38,875 nt of DNA, from NCBI GenBank assembly GCA_035331665.1, contig DAOLKI010000001.1, forward strand, positions 1 through 38,875. The letters are read 5' to 3'. Within the stretch, counting starts at the first letter, position 1. Each line of letters opens with the position of its first letter. Shown here one piece after another: positions 16,092 to 24,170 of the stretch. Source of the DNA: Rhodocyclaceae bacterium. GTDB lineage: Bacteria; Pseudomonadota; Gammaproteobacteria; Burkholderiales; Rhodocyclaceae. Both the position numbers and the translations under genes were made by a program. The notes under the pieces are model-generated. The model was not told the origin of the DNA, did no database searches, and saw nothing but the letters and a program-made list of their open reading frames with translations.

Positions 16092-17798
16092 TTACATCCG
16101 CTCCGTCAGGTCGACCACCCGCGCAACCTCCTCGAGGGCGGTGGACCCGTCCAGCACGCGGCGCAGCCCGTCCTCGGCGAGGGTCCGGAAACCCTTCTCG
16201 CGCGCCATGTTGCGGATTTCGCGCGCCGTGGCGCGGCGGGCGATGAGTTCGTCGAGGTCGGCATCCAGGCGCAGCAGTTCCATGATCGCGAGCCGGCCCC
16301 GGTAACCCTGGAAATCGCAGCGCTCGCAACCCATGGGCCGGTAAAGGACCGGTGCGGGACGGCGGGCGTCGAAGCCGAACAACCGCTGCTCGTGGGGCTC
16401 GGCCGGGTGGGGCTTGCGGCAATCCGGGCACAGCCGGCGGACCAGGCGCTGGGCGATCACGCCGATGATGTTCCCGGCCATGATGTCCGGCAGGATGCCG
16501 ATATCGAGCAGGCGCGGCACGGCGCCGATCGCCGAGTTGGTGTGCAGCGTCGAATACACCTGGTGGCCCGTCATCGCGGCCCGGAAGGCCATCTCCGCGG
16601 TATCGGCATCGCGTATCTCGCCGACCAGGATCACGTCCGGGTCCTGGCGCATCATCGACCGGATGCCGTTGGCGAAATCGAGCTTGGCCGCCTCGGCGAC
16701 CGACGTCTGGCGGATCATGGCCATCGGATATTCGACCGGGTCCTCGAGGGTCATGATGTTCTGACCCTCCTGGTTGATGTGGTTGAGGACCGAGTAGAGG
16801 GTCGTCGTCTTGCCGCTGCCCGTCGGCCCGGTGACGAGGATGATGCCTTCGGGGCGGGCGATCATCAGCTTCAGGTGGTCCAGCTGGTGGTCGTCGAGTC
16901 CCAGCCGGTCCAGGGGCACGATGCCTTTCTGCCGGTCGAGAATGCGCAGCACGATGTTCTCGCCGTGAATCGTCGGTTGGGCCGCGACGCGGAAATCCAC
17001 CTGCCGGCCACTGATGTTCAGCGAGATGCGTCCATCCTGGGGCGCCCGGGTCTCGGCGATGTTCATGCCGCTCATCACCTTGATGCGCACGGCCATGGCC
17101 GCCCAGTAGGACTTGTGCAGGGCGCGGATCTGGCGAAGGATCCCGTCGATCCGGTAGCGGATGCGCAGGAAACTGGCCTCCGGCTCGAAATGGATGTCCG
17201 ACGCTTCCCGCTTCACCGCGTCGGTGAGCAGGGCATCCACCAGCCGGACGACGGGCTGGCTGTACTCGTCCATCGATGCCGCGAGGCTCCGGTAGTCGAT
17301 CTCGCCGGTCTCGATCTCGTGCAGGATGCCGTCGATGGAGAGTTCGTGCCCGTAGTACTGGTCGATGGCCCGGGCGATTTCCGATTCGCCGGCGATCACC
17401 GTCTCGATCAGGAGGTCGTTCGGTGCGGCCGCCCGCAGCTTGTCGAGCGCGACGATGTCGTTCGGATCGGCGATCGCAATGGTCAGGCGATGCGTCTCCG
17501 CCAGGTAGTCGAGGGGCAGCAGCCGGTGCCGCTTCGCTGTCTCGCGCGGCACGAGGCGCAGCGCCGCCGGATCGACGATGGCATGGGCCAGATCGACGGA
17601 CCGCTGGCCCAGGGATTCGGAGAGGGCGTCGCGCAGCGTGGCCTCGGAGACGAAGCCGAGGGAGACCAGCAGCTTGCCCACCGGCTGGTTCGACTTCATC
17701 TGCTCCAGCAGCGCGATGCGCAACTGGTCTTCCGAGATGACCCCCTGGGCGATCAGGATCTGCCCGATGGGCCGGCGGTGGGGAGTGGGTGTATTCAT
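16092..17798 (-). CDS. mshE: type IV filament assembly ATPase (GspE/PilB family) with MshEN-type N-terminal domain
   Basis: 568 aa with Walker A GPTGSGKTTT, Asp box LEDPVEY, Walker B ILVGEIRD, His box GHQVYSTLHTN and a tetracysteine CPDC...CERC. The N-terminus has a tandem 24-residue MshEN-like motif (aa 9-62). Confidence 0.9.
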   Translation of the reverse strand: MNTPTPHRRPIGQILIAQGVISEDQLRIALLEQMKSNQPVGKLLVSLGFVSEATLRDALSESLGQRSVDLAHAIVDPAALRLVPRETAKRHRLLPLDYLAETHRLTIAIADPNDIVALDKLRAAAPNDLLIETVIAGESEIARAIDQYYGHELSIDGILHEIETGEIDYRSLAASMDEYSQPVVRLVDALLTDAVKREASDIHFEPEASFLRIRYRIDGILRQIRALHKSYWAAMAVRIKVMSGMNIAETRAPQDGRISLNISGRQVDFRVAAQPTIHGENIVLRILDRQKGIVPLDRLGLDDHQLDHLKLMIARPEGIILVTGPTGSGKTTTLYSVLNHINQEGQNIMTLEDPVEYPMAMIRQTSVAEAAKLDFANGIRSMMRQDPDVILVGEIRDADTAEMAFRAAMTGHQVYSTLHTNSAIGAVPRLLDIGILPDIMAGNIIGVIAQRLVRRLCPDCRKPHPAEPHEQRLFGFDARRPAPVLYRPMGCERCDFQGYRGRLAIMELLRLDADLDELIARRATAREIRNMAREKGFRTLAEDGLRRVLDGSTALEEVARVVDLTERM

Positions 17799-17837
17799 GC
17801 TCGCGTCGTTGTCCCGGGCGGACCGGCGCGCCGGTGC

Positions 17838-19106
17838 CTACCGGTCCTGCAGTTCTCGCAACCGGGCCGTCAAGCCGGCCCGGTCGAATGCCGCCGGCCG
17901 CGTATCCGCCATGGTAAGCGCCTGATTGTAATACTGGACGGCGAGCTTGACCTGATGCAGGTGGTCGAGGCTGACCGCGAGGTTATAGACGACGTCGGGG
18001 TTGTCGGGATCGAGCGTGAATGCCTTGAAATAGGATTGCTGGGCATCGCTCCAGCGGGATTGACGCGAGTGCAGGTTTCCCAGCGCGAAATGCAGCGAGG
18101 CCTGGTCGGGTTGGCCGGAAATCAGGGTCTTCAGGCGGGTCTCGGCCTGGAGCGGATCGGCGCGGCCACGCAGTCCGATGAGGCCGGCCACCGCCACGGC
18201 ATCCTTCGGGTCCGATTCGGCGGCACGGAAATAGAGGTCCTCCGCCTCCTCTGGGCGACCCTGGCGCAGGGCGACGCTCGCCAGTCCCACCAACGCGTCG
18301 GTGTTGCGCGGTTCCCCCTTGAGTACCCGCTCGTACTCGAGCCGCGCCTGGTCCATGCGACCTGCGGAGAACGCGTCGAATGCCGCGGCGACCCCCGCAT
18401 TAACCTGCAGACGGGACGTGGAAATGCGCACCGGGCTCTGGGGCGTGGGTGGCGGTTCCGGCAGGCGGGCTTCGGGCGGCCGGGATTCGGTCGCGACACG
18501 TGCCTTGGGCGGCGCAAGCGCGATCTCCCCCCCGGCGACCGCAACGCTCTTTGCGGTCGAAGGCTCAGCCGCTTCGGTGGGCGCGGGGGAGGCTGCCGGC
18601 GCGAGGGGCTTCGGTGGGGGTACCGGATTGTGGGCACCCGTCGGCGGGACCAAGGGCTGGGTTCCGGATGGGCGGGTCTGCCACCAGTACCATCCGCCGA
18701 TTGCGCCAGCGCCCACGATCCCCAGTGCGACGGCAATGGCGGCGAATGGGCGCCGTTCGGTGCCGGGTTGCTTCGCCTCGAACAACTGTCGGGCGGCGGC
18801 CATCTCGGCGGCCGCGTCGGCCGATTCCCCGTCCGCCGTGCGGGAGGGAGATTCGGAAGGCGTTCTCCGACGCGGCGGCGCGGGTCGCTCGAATTGCCGG
18901 TCCAGGTCCTCGAGCCGGTTCGGCAACTCCGGCAGGGTGGCCCGGCCGCCCGTGCCGGCACCTGCCGGAGCGCGGGCGCCCTCGGACTCCAATGGCGTGA
19001 GTTCGAGATCCGCCGGTGCTTCCGCTGTGACCTGGGGAGCACCCTCTCCGACGGCCTGGCGTTTTGCCTCCTCGGCCTTCTTGAGGGCATCCATCAACAG
19101 GCTCAC
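17838..19106 (-). CDS. mshN: TPR-repeat bitopic protein (MshN-like; N-terminus GspB/ExeB-like)
   Basis: 422 aa starting MSLLMDALKKAEEAKRQ. A Pro/Ala-rich region and a TM (FAAIAVALGIVGAGAIGGWYWW) follow, then TPR-like repeats (LGNLHSRQSRWSDAQQSYFKAFTLDPDNPDVVYNLAVS...). Its GTG start overlaps the secretin stop (GTGA at 19103-19106). Confidence 0.75.
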   Translation of the reverse strand: MSLLMDALKKAEEAKRQAVGEGAPQVTAEAPADLELTPLESEGARAPAGAGTGGRATLPELPNRLEDLDRQFERPAPPRRRTPSESPSRTADGESADAAAEMAAARQLFEAKQPGTERRPFAAIAVALGIVGAGAIGGWYWWQTRPSGTQPLVPPTGAHNPVPPPKPLAPAASPAPTEAAEPSTAKSVAVAGGEIALAPPKARVATESRPPEARLPEPPPTPQSPVRISTSRLQVNAGVAAAFDAFSAGRMDQARLEYERVLKGEPRNTDALVGLASVALRQGRPEEAEDLYFRAAESDPKDAVAVAGLIGLRGRADPLQAETRLKTLISGQPDQASLHFALGNLHSRQSRWSDAQQSYFKAFTLDPDNPDVVYNLAVSLDHLHQVKLAVQYYNQALTMADTRPAAFDRAGLTARLRELQDR

Positions 19107-20923
19107 GGCCGCAGGCCCTCCAGATTCAGCTGCGGTTGCGGCGGCCCCGGATTCTTCTCGAAGAAATCCTGTCCCGGAAGCTGGTCGCGGAAGGCCGCAT
19201 AGTCACCGGAAAGGCTCGCGTCCCGGATGACGGTCGGCCGCAGGAAGACCACCAGTTCCGTCTTGCGCCGCAGGTCGTTGCGATTCTGGAAGATGTTGCC
19301 AAATACGGGAATCCTGGAGGCGCCCGGGACGGCATGGTCCGTGTTGTCCAGGGCATCCTCCATCAGGCCGCCCATGACGGCGGTATTGCCGTTCTCGACC
19401 CGGATCATGGTTTCCATTTCCCGGGTCCTGATGACGGGAATCTCGTTCTTCACGCCCAGTTTCTGCAGATCGGGGTTCGGGTCCGTGACGGTGCCGAACT
19501 GGCGCGAGATGCTCGGCCGGATATTGAGCAGCACCGTCTCGTTTTCGCCGATCTGCGGCGTCACGTTCATCACGAGGCCGACGGGCACGGAGAACAGGTT
19601 GGTCGTATAGGTGGTCGTGGTCGTGGTCTGGTTCGCGGTGGTGTCGGCCTTGATCGTGAAATAAACGAGGTTGTCGACCACCTTGAGAACCGCGGTCTGG
19701 TTATTGAGGACGGAGAGTTTCGGGCTGGAAATGACCTTCACGTTGCCGAACGCCTCGAGCAGTTTCACGGTGCCACTGATGTTGCCTATGCGCGAATCGG
19801 GGTTGGAATAACCGATCTCCATCAGGGCGGCGGCGGGCGCCGCGATCGCTCCGGCAGCCTTCTGCACCAGTTTCAGGCCCAGAGCATTCAGGCGCAGCCG
19901 CGACCAGTCGATTCCCTGTTGGTAGTTGTCGGACAGGGAGACCTCCGCCACGGTGGCCTCGATGAGCACCTGGCGTCGCGCCGAAGACGTCACCTGGTCC
20001 AGGAATTCCTGGATCTTCTCGTGTTGTCGCGACGTGGCGCGCACGGTGATGACGCCTGATTCCGGATTCATGATCACGGACGCGGCCTCGCGAAAGGTCG
20101 CCCGACGGACGACGGTCGTCCCCGACTGCTGCAGCGCTGCGGGGTTGGGGCTGGCGGCGATACCGGCCTGGGTCTGGGTCCGGCCGGTCGTCGGGGCCGC
20201 CGCGCCGGTGCCGGTAGTGGACTGCTGGTCCTGGCGTTCCACCACTGTCTCGCTGGATCCCTCGGGCAGAATCTTGTCCGTTTCGCGCAGGATATCCTTG
20301 ATGTTCTTTTCCAGGGTCTCCCAGAAGTGGTTCTGGGCCTTGTTCTCCACCTTGGTGAGGGAGTTGTTGCCGCCGACGGTGCCGGCGCCGGTGGTCGTGC
20401 CCGTGGAACTGACGCCGCTCGCTCCCGTGGCCGCTATCTGCGTGGTCACCGTCACGGTGCCGCTCGTGTCCCGGGACATATTCACGTAGTCCACCCGGTA
20501 GGTCTTCAGGAAGGGTGAGTCGGGCATGACGGCGAGATTGGCACCGTCGAGTTCCCAGCGCATGTCCACCTGCCGGGAAATCCGGTTCAACAACTGCGCC
20601 AGAGTCTGGTCGATGGCATTCAGCGTCACCGTGCCGGCGATGCCCGGATGGATATCCACGTTCAGTTTCGCGTCGCGGGCGAGGGCAAACAGCAGTTCCT
20701 GGGCGCGCACGTTGTTGACGACGACGCTGTAGGTTTCCACCTTCGCGGCCGGCCGGGGCTTGCGAGGGGCCGCGCTGGCCTGGACGGGCGGCGGTATGTT
20801 CGCCGGTGGCGGTGCCACGTTGTCGGCGCGCAGATGTCCGGCCGACGGCGGTTGCACGGGTGCCGTGCCGCAACCCGCCAGCAGGGTGACGGTCAGGGCC
20901 GCAAGCGCAATGCGTGGGATCAT
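19103..20923 (-). CDS. mshL: outer-membrane secretin lipoprotein (MshL/GspD/PilQ family)
   Basis: The ATG at 20923 gives MIPRIALAALTVTLLAGC, which contains a lipobox. The C-terminus has secretin-domain motifs (VISSPKLSVLNNQTAVLKV..., IPVIRTREMETMIRVENGNTAVMGGL..., IPVFGNIF...ELVVFLRPTVI). Confidence 0.9.
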   Translation of the reverse strand: MIPRIALAALTVTLLAGCGTAPVQPPSAGHLRADNVAPPPANIPPPVQASAAPRKPRPAAKVETYSVVVNNVRAQELLFALARDAKLNVDIHPGIAGTVTLNAIDQTLAQLLNRISRQVDMRWELDGANLAVMPDSPFLKTYRVDYVNMSRDTSGTVTVTTQIAATGASGVSSTGTTTGAGTVGGNNSLTKVENKAQNHFWETLEKNIKDILRETDKILPEGSSETVVERQDQQSTTGTGAAAPTTGRTQTQAGIAASPNPAALQQSGTTVVRRATFREAASVIMNPESGVITVRATSRQHEKIQEFLDQVTSSARRQVLIEATVAEVSLSDNYQQGIDWSRLRLNALGLKLVQKAAGAIAAPAAALMEIGYSNPDSRIGNISGTVKLLEAFGNVKVISSPKLSVLNNQTAVLKVVDNLVYFTIKADTTANQTTTTTTYTTNLFSVPVGLVMNVTPQIGENETVLLNIRPSISRQFGTVTDPNPDLQKLGVKNEIPVIRTREMETMIRVENGNTAVMGGLMEDALDNTDHAVPGASRIPVFGNIFQNRNDLRRKTELVVFLRPTVIRDASLSGDYAAFRDQLPGQDFFEKNPGPPQPQLNLEGLRP

Positions 20924-20959
20924 GGCGGTCCCTATAGGATCGAGAATAATGGCAAATCG

Positions 20960-20987
20960 ATCATAACACATCAAAATCGGATTGCAA
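20960..20987 (-). promoter_or_regulatory. possible internal sigma-70 promoter ahead of the secretin gene
   Basis: The minus strand reads TTGCAA-16 nt-TATGAT. It lies inside a 108-nt AT-rich gap (43 G+C of 108 by hand count) in an otherwise GC-rich operon with mostly short or overlapping junctions. Confidence 0.25.
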
Positions 20988-21031
20988 CCAACTGATTTTT
21001 AGCAGTTTATTTCTCCGTTGTTTTCCTGTTC

Positions 21032-22591
21032 CTAGCGCAGTCTCCTGACTTGCCTCGGAAACGGCTTCTGTGCCTTCAGCGGGGAGGGCAGGGACGCGAC
21101 GGCCGCCGCCGCCGCTTCGCGTGTCCGAAACTCCCCGTAGAGAACACCGATCCGCGTTTTGCCCTGGACCGGCACGGCATAAGCGCGCAGTTCGCCGTAT
21201 TCCGCGCCGCTTTCCACCTGGGCGAGCAGGCGTTCGACCTCCCCGGCCTGGGCGCCGCCGGTGATGAGGATCTGCAGGACCCAGGCGTCGTCGTTTGCCT
21301 TCTGCAACCAGGCGCGAGTCTCGCCGAGTTTGGCCCGGGTTCGCGCTCCGAAGGGCTCCGTGTCGAGGCCGGGCGGAGCATCCCTGCCGTGGTTCGCGGC
21401 CGCTTGTACGCCGGGGGCCGGCATCGTGGCGGTCGCGGGCGACGGCGCCGGTGCAGCCTGGGAGGTCTGGGCAGGCGACGGTGGCACGGGGGGAGCGGGT
21501 TGGGGGTTCGCGGGCGCCCCGGCAACCGCGGCGGTCGGCGCCGAATCCGCGGGAGCCACGGTGGCGGGGGTGGCCGGAACCACGGGCTGCGGGGCTGCGG
21601 TGGAGGGCGGGAGTGTCGTGGCGGGCGTCGTTGATCCCTGGGAGGGTGTCGGCCCCGGTGCTGACGGGGGCAGGCTTTCCGGGACCTGCGGTCTGGCCAG
21701 CCACCATCCGGCGCCCAGCGCGAGTGCCACGGCGGCGGCCATCGCGGCTCCGACGCCGGCCAATCGCGCGCTGTTCCGGGGCAGAGGGAATTCCGAGTCG
21801 CGCACCGCCGCCTTCACATGCCGCGGGAGCACCTGGTAGCCACCCTCCGCGAAAACAGCCAGCAGGGACTTGTCGGCAAGGATGTTGATACGCCGGGTCA
21901 ACCCGGAGGAGGCCTTGTCGATCAACCGTACCGCGGCCAGGCCGAAGACGTCCGGCCCCCGGTAGCCGGCGGCCCGCATCCGGAAGGCCAGATAACTCGC
22001 GATATCCTCGCGGACGAGGGGCTCCAGCGTGAAATTGTGGGTGATCCGGTCCTTCAACTGCCGCATTTCGGGCCGCGCCAGGATTTCGTTCAGTTCCGTC
22101 TGGCCGAACAGGACCAATTGCAGGAGCTTGTGCCGGTTCGACTCCAGGTTGGAGAGGAGCCGGATCTCCTCCAGCGTTTCCGGCGGCATCGCGTGGGCTT
22201 CGTCGATCAGGACGACCACTTGGCGGCCGGCCGAATACAACTCGATCAGGCGCTCCTGCAGGGCGCGCAGCAGCAACGTCGCCCGCGCGCTGTCGGCGAC
22301 CGGAATTTCCAGTTCGTCGGCCAGCGCGTACAAGATGTCGTCGCGGGAGAGGGAAGGGTTTGCCAGGTAGATGGTCACCACCTTTTCCGGCAAGCGCTCC
22401 ATCAGGACCCGGCAAAGCATCGTCTTTCCGCTGCCCACCTCGCCGCTGACCTTGACGATTCCTTCGTCATGGGTGATGGCGTAGATCAGGGCTTCCAGGG
22501 TGGCGCCGCGATTTGCGCCGGAAAAGAAGAAATCCGTGTGCGGCGTGATCCGGAAGGGCGCTTCGCCGAGACCGAAATGGCGGAGGTACAT
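21032..22591 (-). CDS. mshM: ExeA/GspA/MshM-family AAA ATPase with TM segment and C-terminal SPOR-like domain
   Basis: 519 aa starting MYLRHFGLGEAPFRITPHTDFFF, with Walker A GEVGSGKT and Walker B VVVLIDEAH. A TM (GVGAAMAAAVALALGAGWWLA) and a Pro/Ala/Thr-rich linker follow. The last 86 aa (WVLQILITGG...RIGVLYGEFRTREAAAAAVASLP) resemble a SPOR fold pattern. Confidence 0.85.
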   Translation of the reverse strand: MYLRHFGLGEAPFRITPHTDFFFSGANRGATLEALIYAITHDEGIVKVSGEVGSGKTMLCRVLMERLPEKVVTIYLANPSLSRDDILYALADELEIPVADSARATLLLRALQERLIELYSAGRQVVVLIDEAHAMPPETLEEIRLLSNLESNRHKLLQLVLFGQTELNEILARPEMRQLKDRITHNFTLEPLVREDIASYLAFRMRAAGYRGPDVFGLAAVRLIDKASSGLTRRINILADKSLLAVFAEGGYQVLPRHVKAAVRDSEFPLPRNSARLAGVGAAMAAAVALALGAGWWLARPQVPESLPPSAPGPTPSQGSTTPATTLPPSTAAPQPVVPATPATVAPADSAPTAAVAGAPANPQPAPPVPPSPAQTSQAAPAPSPATATMPAPGVQAAANHGRDAPPGLDTEPFGARTRAKLGETRAWLQKANDDAWVLQILITGGAQAGEVERLLAQVESGAEYGELRAYAVPVQGKTRIGVLYGEFRTREAAAAAVASLPSPLKAQKPFPRQVRRLR

Positions 22592-22603
22592 GGCCGTTCC
22601 CGG

Positions 22604-24064
22604 TCAGGCCGCGTCGCCGCCGGCTCGGGTCAGGGCGGCGATCCGGTTGTACAGGGTGGTCCGATTCACGCCGAGCAGGCGCGCGGCCTGGCTCAGGTTT
22701 CCGTGGGCGATCTTCTGCGCGGCCTCCACGTAGGCGAGTTCCCAATTCCTGAGCGTCTGGTCCAGATCGAAGCCATCCCGCGCCTGGAGCTGGCGCAGGG
22801 CGATCGCCACGAGCTGATCGTGATCCGTCGGGACTGCCCAGGGTGCCGCATCCGCCTGCCCCGGTGCCATGTCGAATTCCTCGTGCAGGTCCTCGGGCCC
22901 GACGGTTCGGCCGGCGTGCTTGGCGACGAGCCGGATCACAATGTTGCGCAGTTCCCTGACATTTCCCGGGAAGTGGTAGGCCAGCCAGGCGGCCTCGGCG
23001 GCCGATGACAGCACGAACGGCGGCCGGCCGGTCTGGCGGGCGTATAGCGCGCGGAAATGATCCAGCAACAGGAGGCGGTCGCGCCCCGTCTCGCGCAATG
23101 GCGGCGCCACCACCGTGAACACGGAAAGCCGATGGTAAAGGTCGGCGCGGAACCTCCCTTCCCGGACTTCGCGGCGCAGGTCCCGGTTCGTCGCGGCGAT
23201 GATCCGCGCCCGGCTATGGCGCGGGAAGGTTTCTCCGACGCGTTGGTACTCGCCGTTCTCCAGCACCCGCAACAGCTTCGGCTGCAGTTCGAGGGGCAAT
23301 TCCCCTATTTCGTCCAGGAAGAGGGTGCCGTCGTCCGCATCCTCGAAATAACCCGACTTGGCCTGCGTGGCCCCGGTGAACGCGCCCTTGGCATATCCGA
23401 ACAGCGTCGGCTCGACCAGGGAGGGCGAAATTGCGGCGCAATTGAGCGCGAGGTAGGGGCGGTGTCGGCGATGGGTCAGGCGATGCAGGAATGCCTGGGC
23501 GACAATCTCCTTCCCGCTCCCGGACTCGCCTTCTATGAGCACGGGGAACGGCGAATCCGCGTACTGGCCGACCTGTTCGCGCAGTTTCCGCACCGGCGGG
23601 CTGTCCCCGACGAATGCTTCCCCATCCGTGCGCGCGGCGGGGGACAACTCGGCCTCGCGGAAGCTGAGAGCCCCCCTCAACGTCTGGCGCAAGGTCTCCG
23701 GGTCGGCGGGTTTGGCCACGAATTCGGTGGCCCCGAGGGCTCGGGCGTGGCGGGCGTTGGACTCGTCGCTCTGACCGGACAGGATGATGATCTTCATCGC
23801 CGGTGACAGGGCCAGCAGATCCCCCACCAGCGCGAAACCTTCGTCCGGACGATGGGGATGCGGCGGCAGCCCCAGGTCCACGAGGGCCAGTTCAGGCGGG
23901 CGCCCTGCAGACCTGGCCACGGCAATCCCCTTCTCGCGGGTGTCGGCCATGAGGATGCGGAAATCGGGGCCGAGAAAGAAGCCGAGACTCTCCGTGATCA
24001 ATGGATCGTCGTCCACGATCAACAGGGTCGGCCTTTCGTCCGCCGCAGGCGAGGCATTCTTCAT
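22604..24064 (-). CDS. sigma-54-dependent response regulator (receiver + AAA+ EBP + Fis-type HTH)
   Basis: Receiver motifs are LLIVDDD and ALVDLGLPP. The AAA+ domain has GESGSGKE, an intact GAFTGA loop and RELRN. The C-terminal HTH is GNLSQAARLLGVNRTTLYNRI. The start is taken at ATG 24064 (MKNASPAADERPTLLIVDDD); the ORF-track start at 24097 is a TTG. The stop lies 12 nt before the next gene. Confidence 0.9.
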   Translation of the reverse strand: MKNASPAADERPTLLIVDDDPLITESLGFFLGPDFRILMADTREKGIAVARSAGRPPELALVDLGLPPHPHRPDEGFALVGDLLALSPAMKIIILSGQSDESNARHARALGATEFVAKPADPETLRQTLRGALSFREAELSPAARTDGEAFVGDSPPVRKLREQVGQYADSPFPVLIEGESGSGKEIVAQAFLHRLTHRRHRPYLALNCAAISPSLVEPTLFGYAKGAFTGATQAKSGYFEDADDGTLFLDEIGELPLELQPKLLRVLENGEYQRVGETFPRHSRARIIAATNRDLRREVREGRFRADLYHRLSVFTVVAPPLRETGRDRLLLLDHFRALYARQTGRPPFVLSSAAEAAWLAYHFPGNVRELRNIVIRLVAKHAGRTVGPEDLHEEFDMAPGQADAAPWAVPTDHDQLVAIALRQLQARDGFDLDQTLRNWELAYVEAAQKIAHGNLSQAARLLGVNRTTLYNRIAALTRAGGDAA

Positions 24065-24170
24065 GTCCAGCGGATGATAGCGCAAACGTCCTTGCAACCC
24101 CCCGCCGCGCCGCCGCCCAGGATGGCACGCGAGTCCGCCGTGCCGGCGGGCAGAGAGCCGCGGGCGGCTC

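Noticed and set aside
17809-17836. Palindrome CCGGCGCGCCGG in the 39-nt gap between the TPR and ATPase genes.
   Set aside because: It has no loop, so it could form only a very short hairpin. Such self-complementary GC strings are common at this composition.
15144-19202. Very long plus-strand ORF (1352 aa). Similar antisense ORFs occur elsewhere, for example 7631-10168, 4154-5368, 3121-5190, 30223-31488 and 36166-37686.
   Set aside because: Their translations are Arg/Gly/Pro/Ala-rich and low in complexity, with no motifs. They lie antisense to genes with clear family signatures. Long stop-free antisense frames are expected at this G+C content.
24123-24138. TGGCAC-GCGAG-TCCGC on the plus strand, considered as a sigma-54 promoter for mla.
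   Set aside because: The -12 element is not TTGC, because the GC dinucleotide is displaced by one position. mla operons are not known to be RpoN-dependent.
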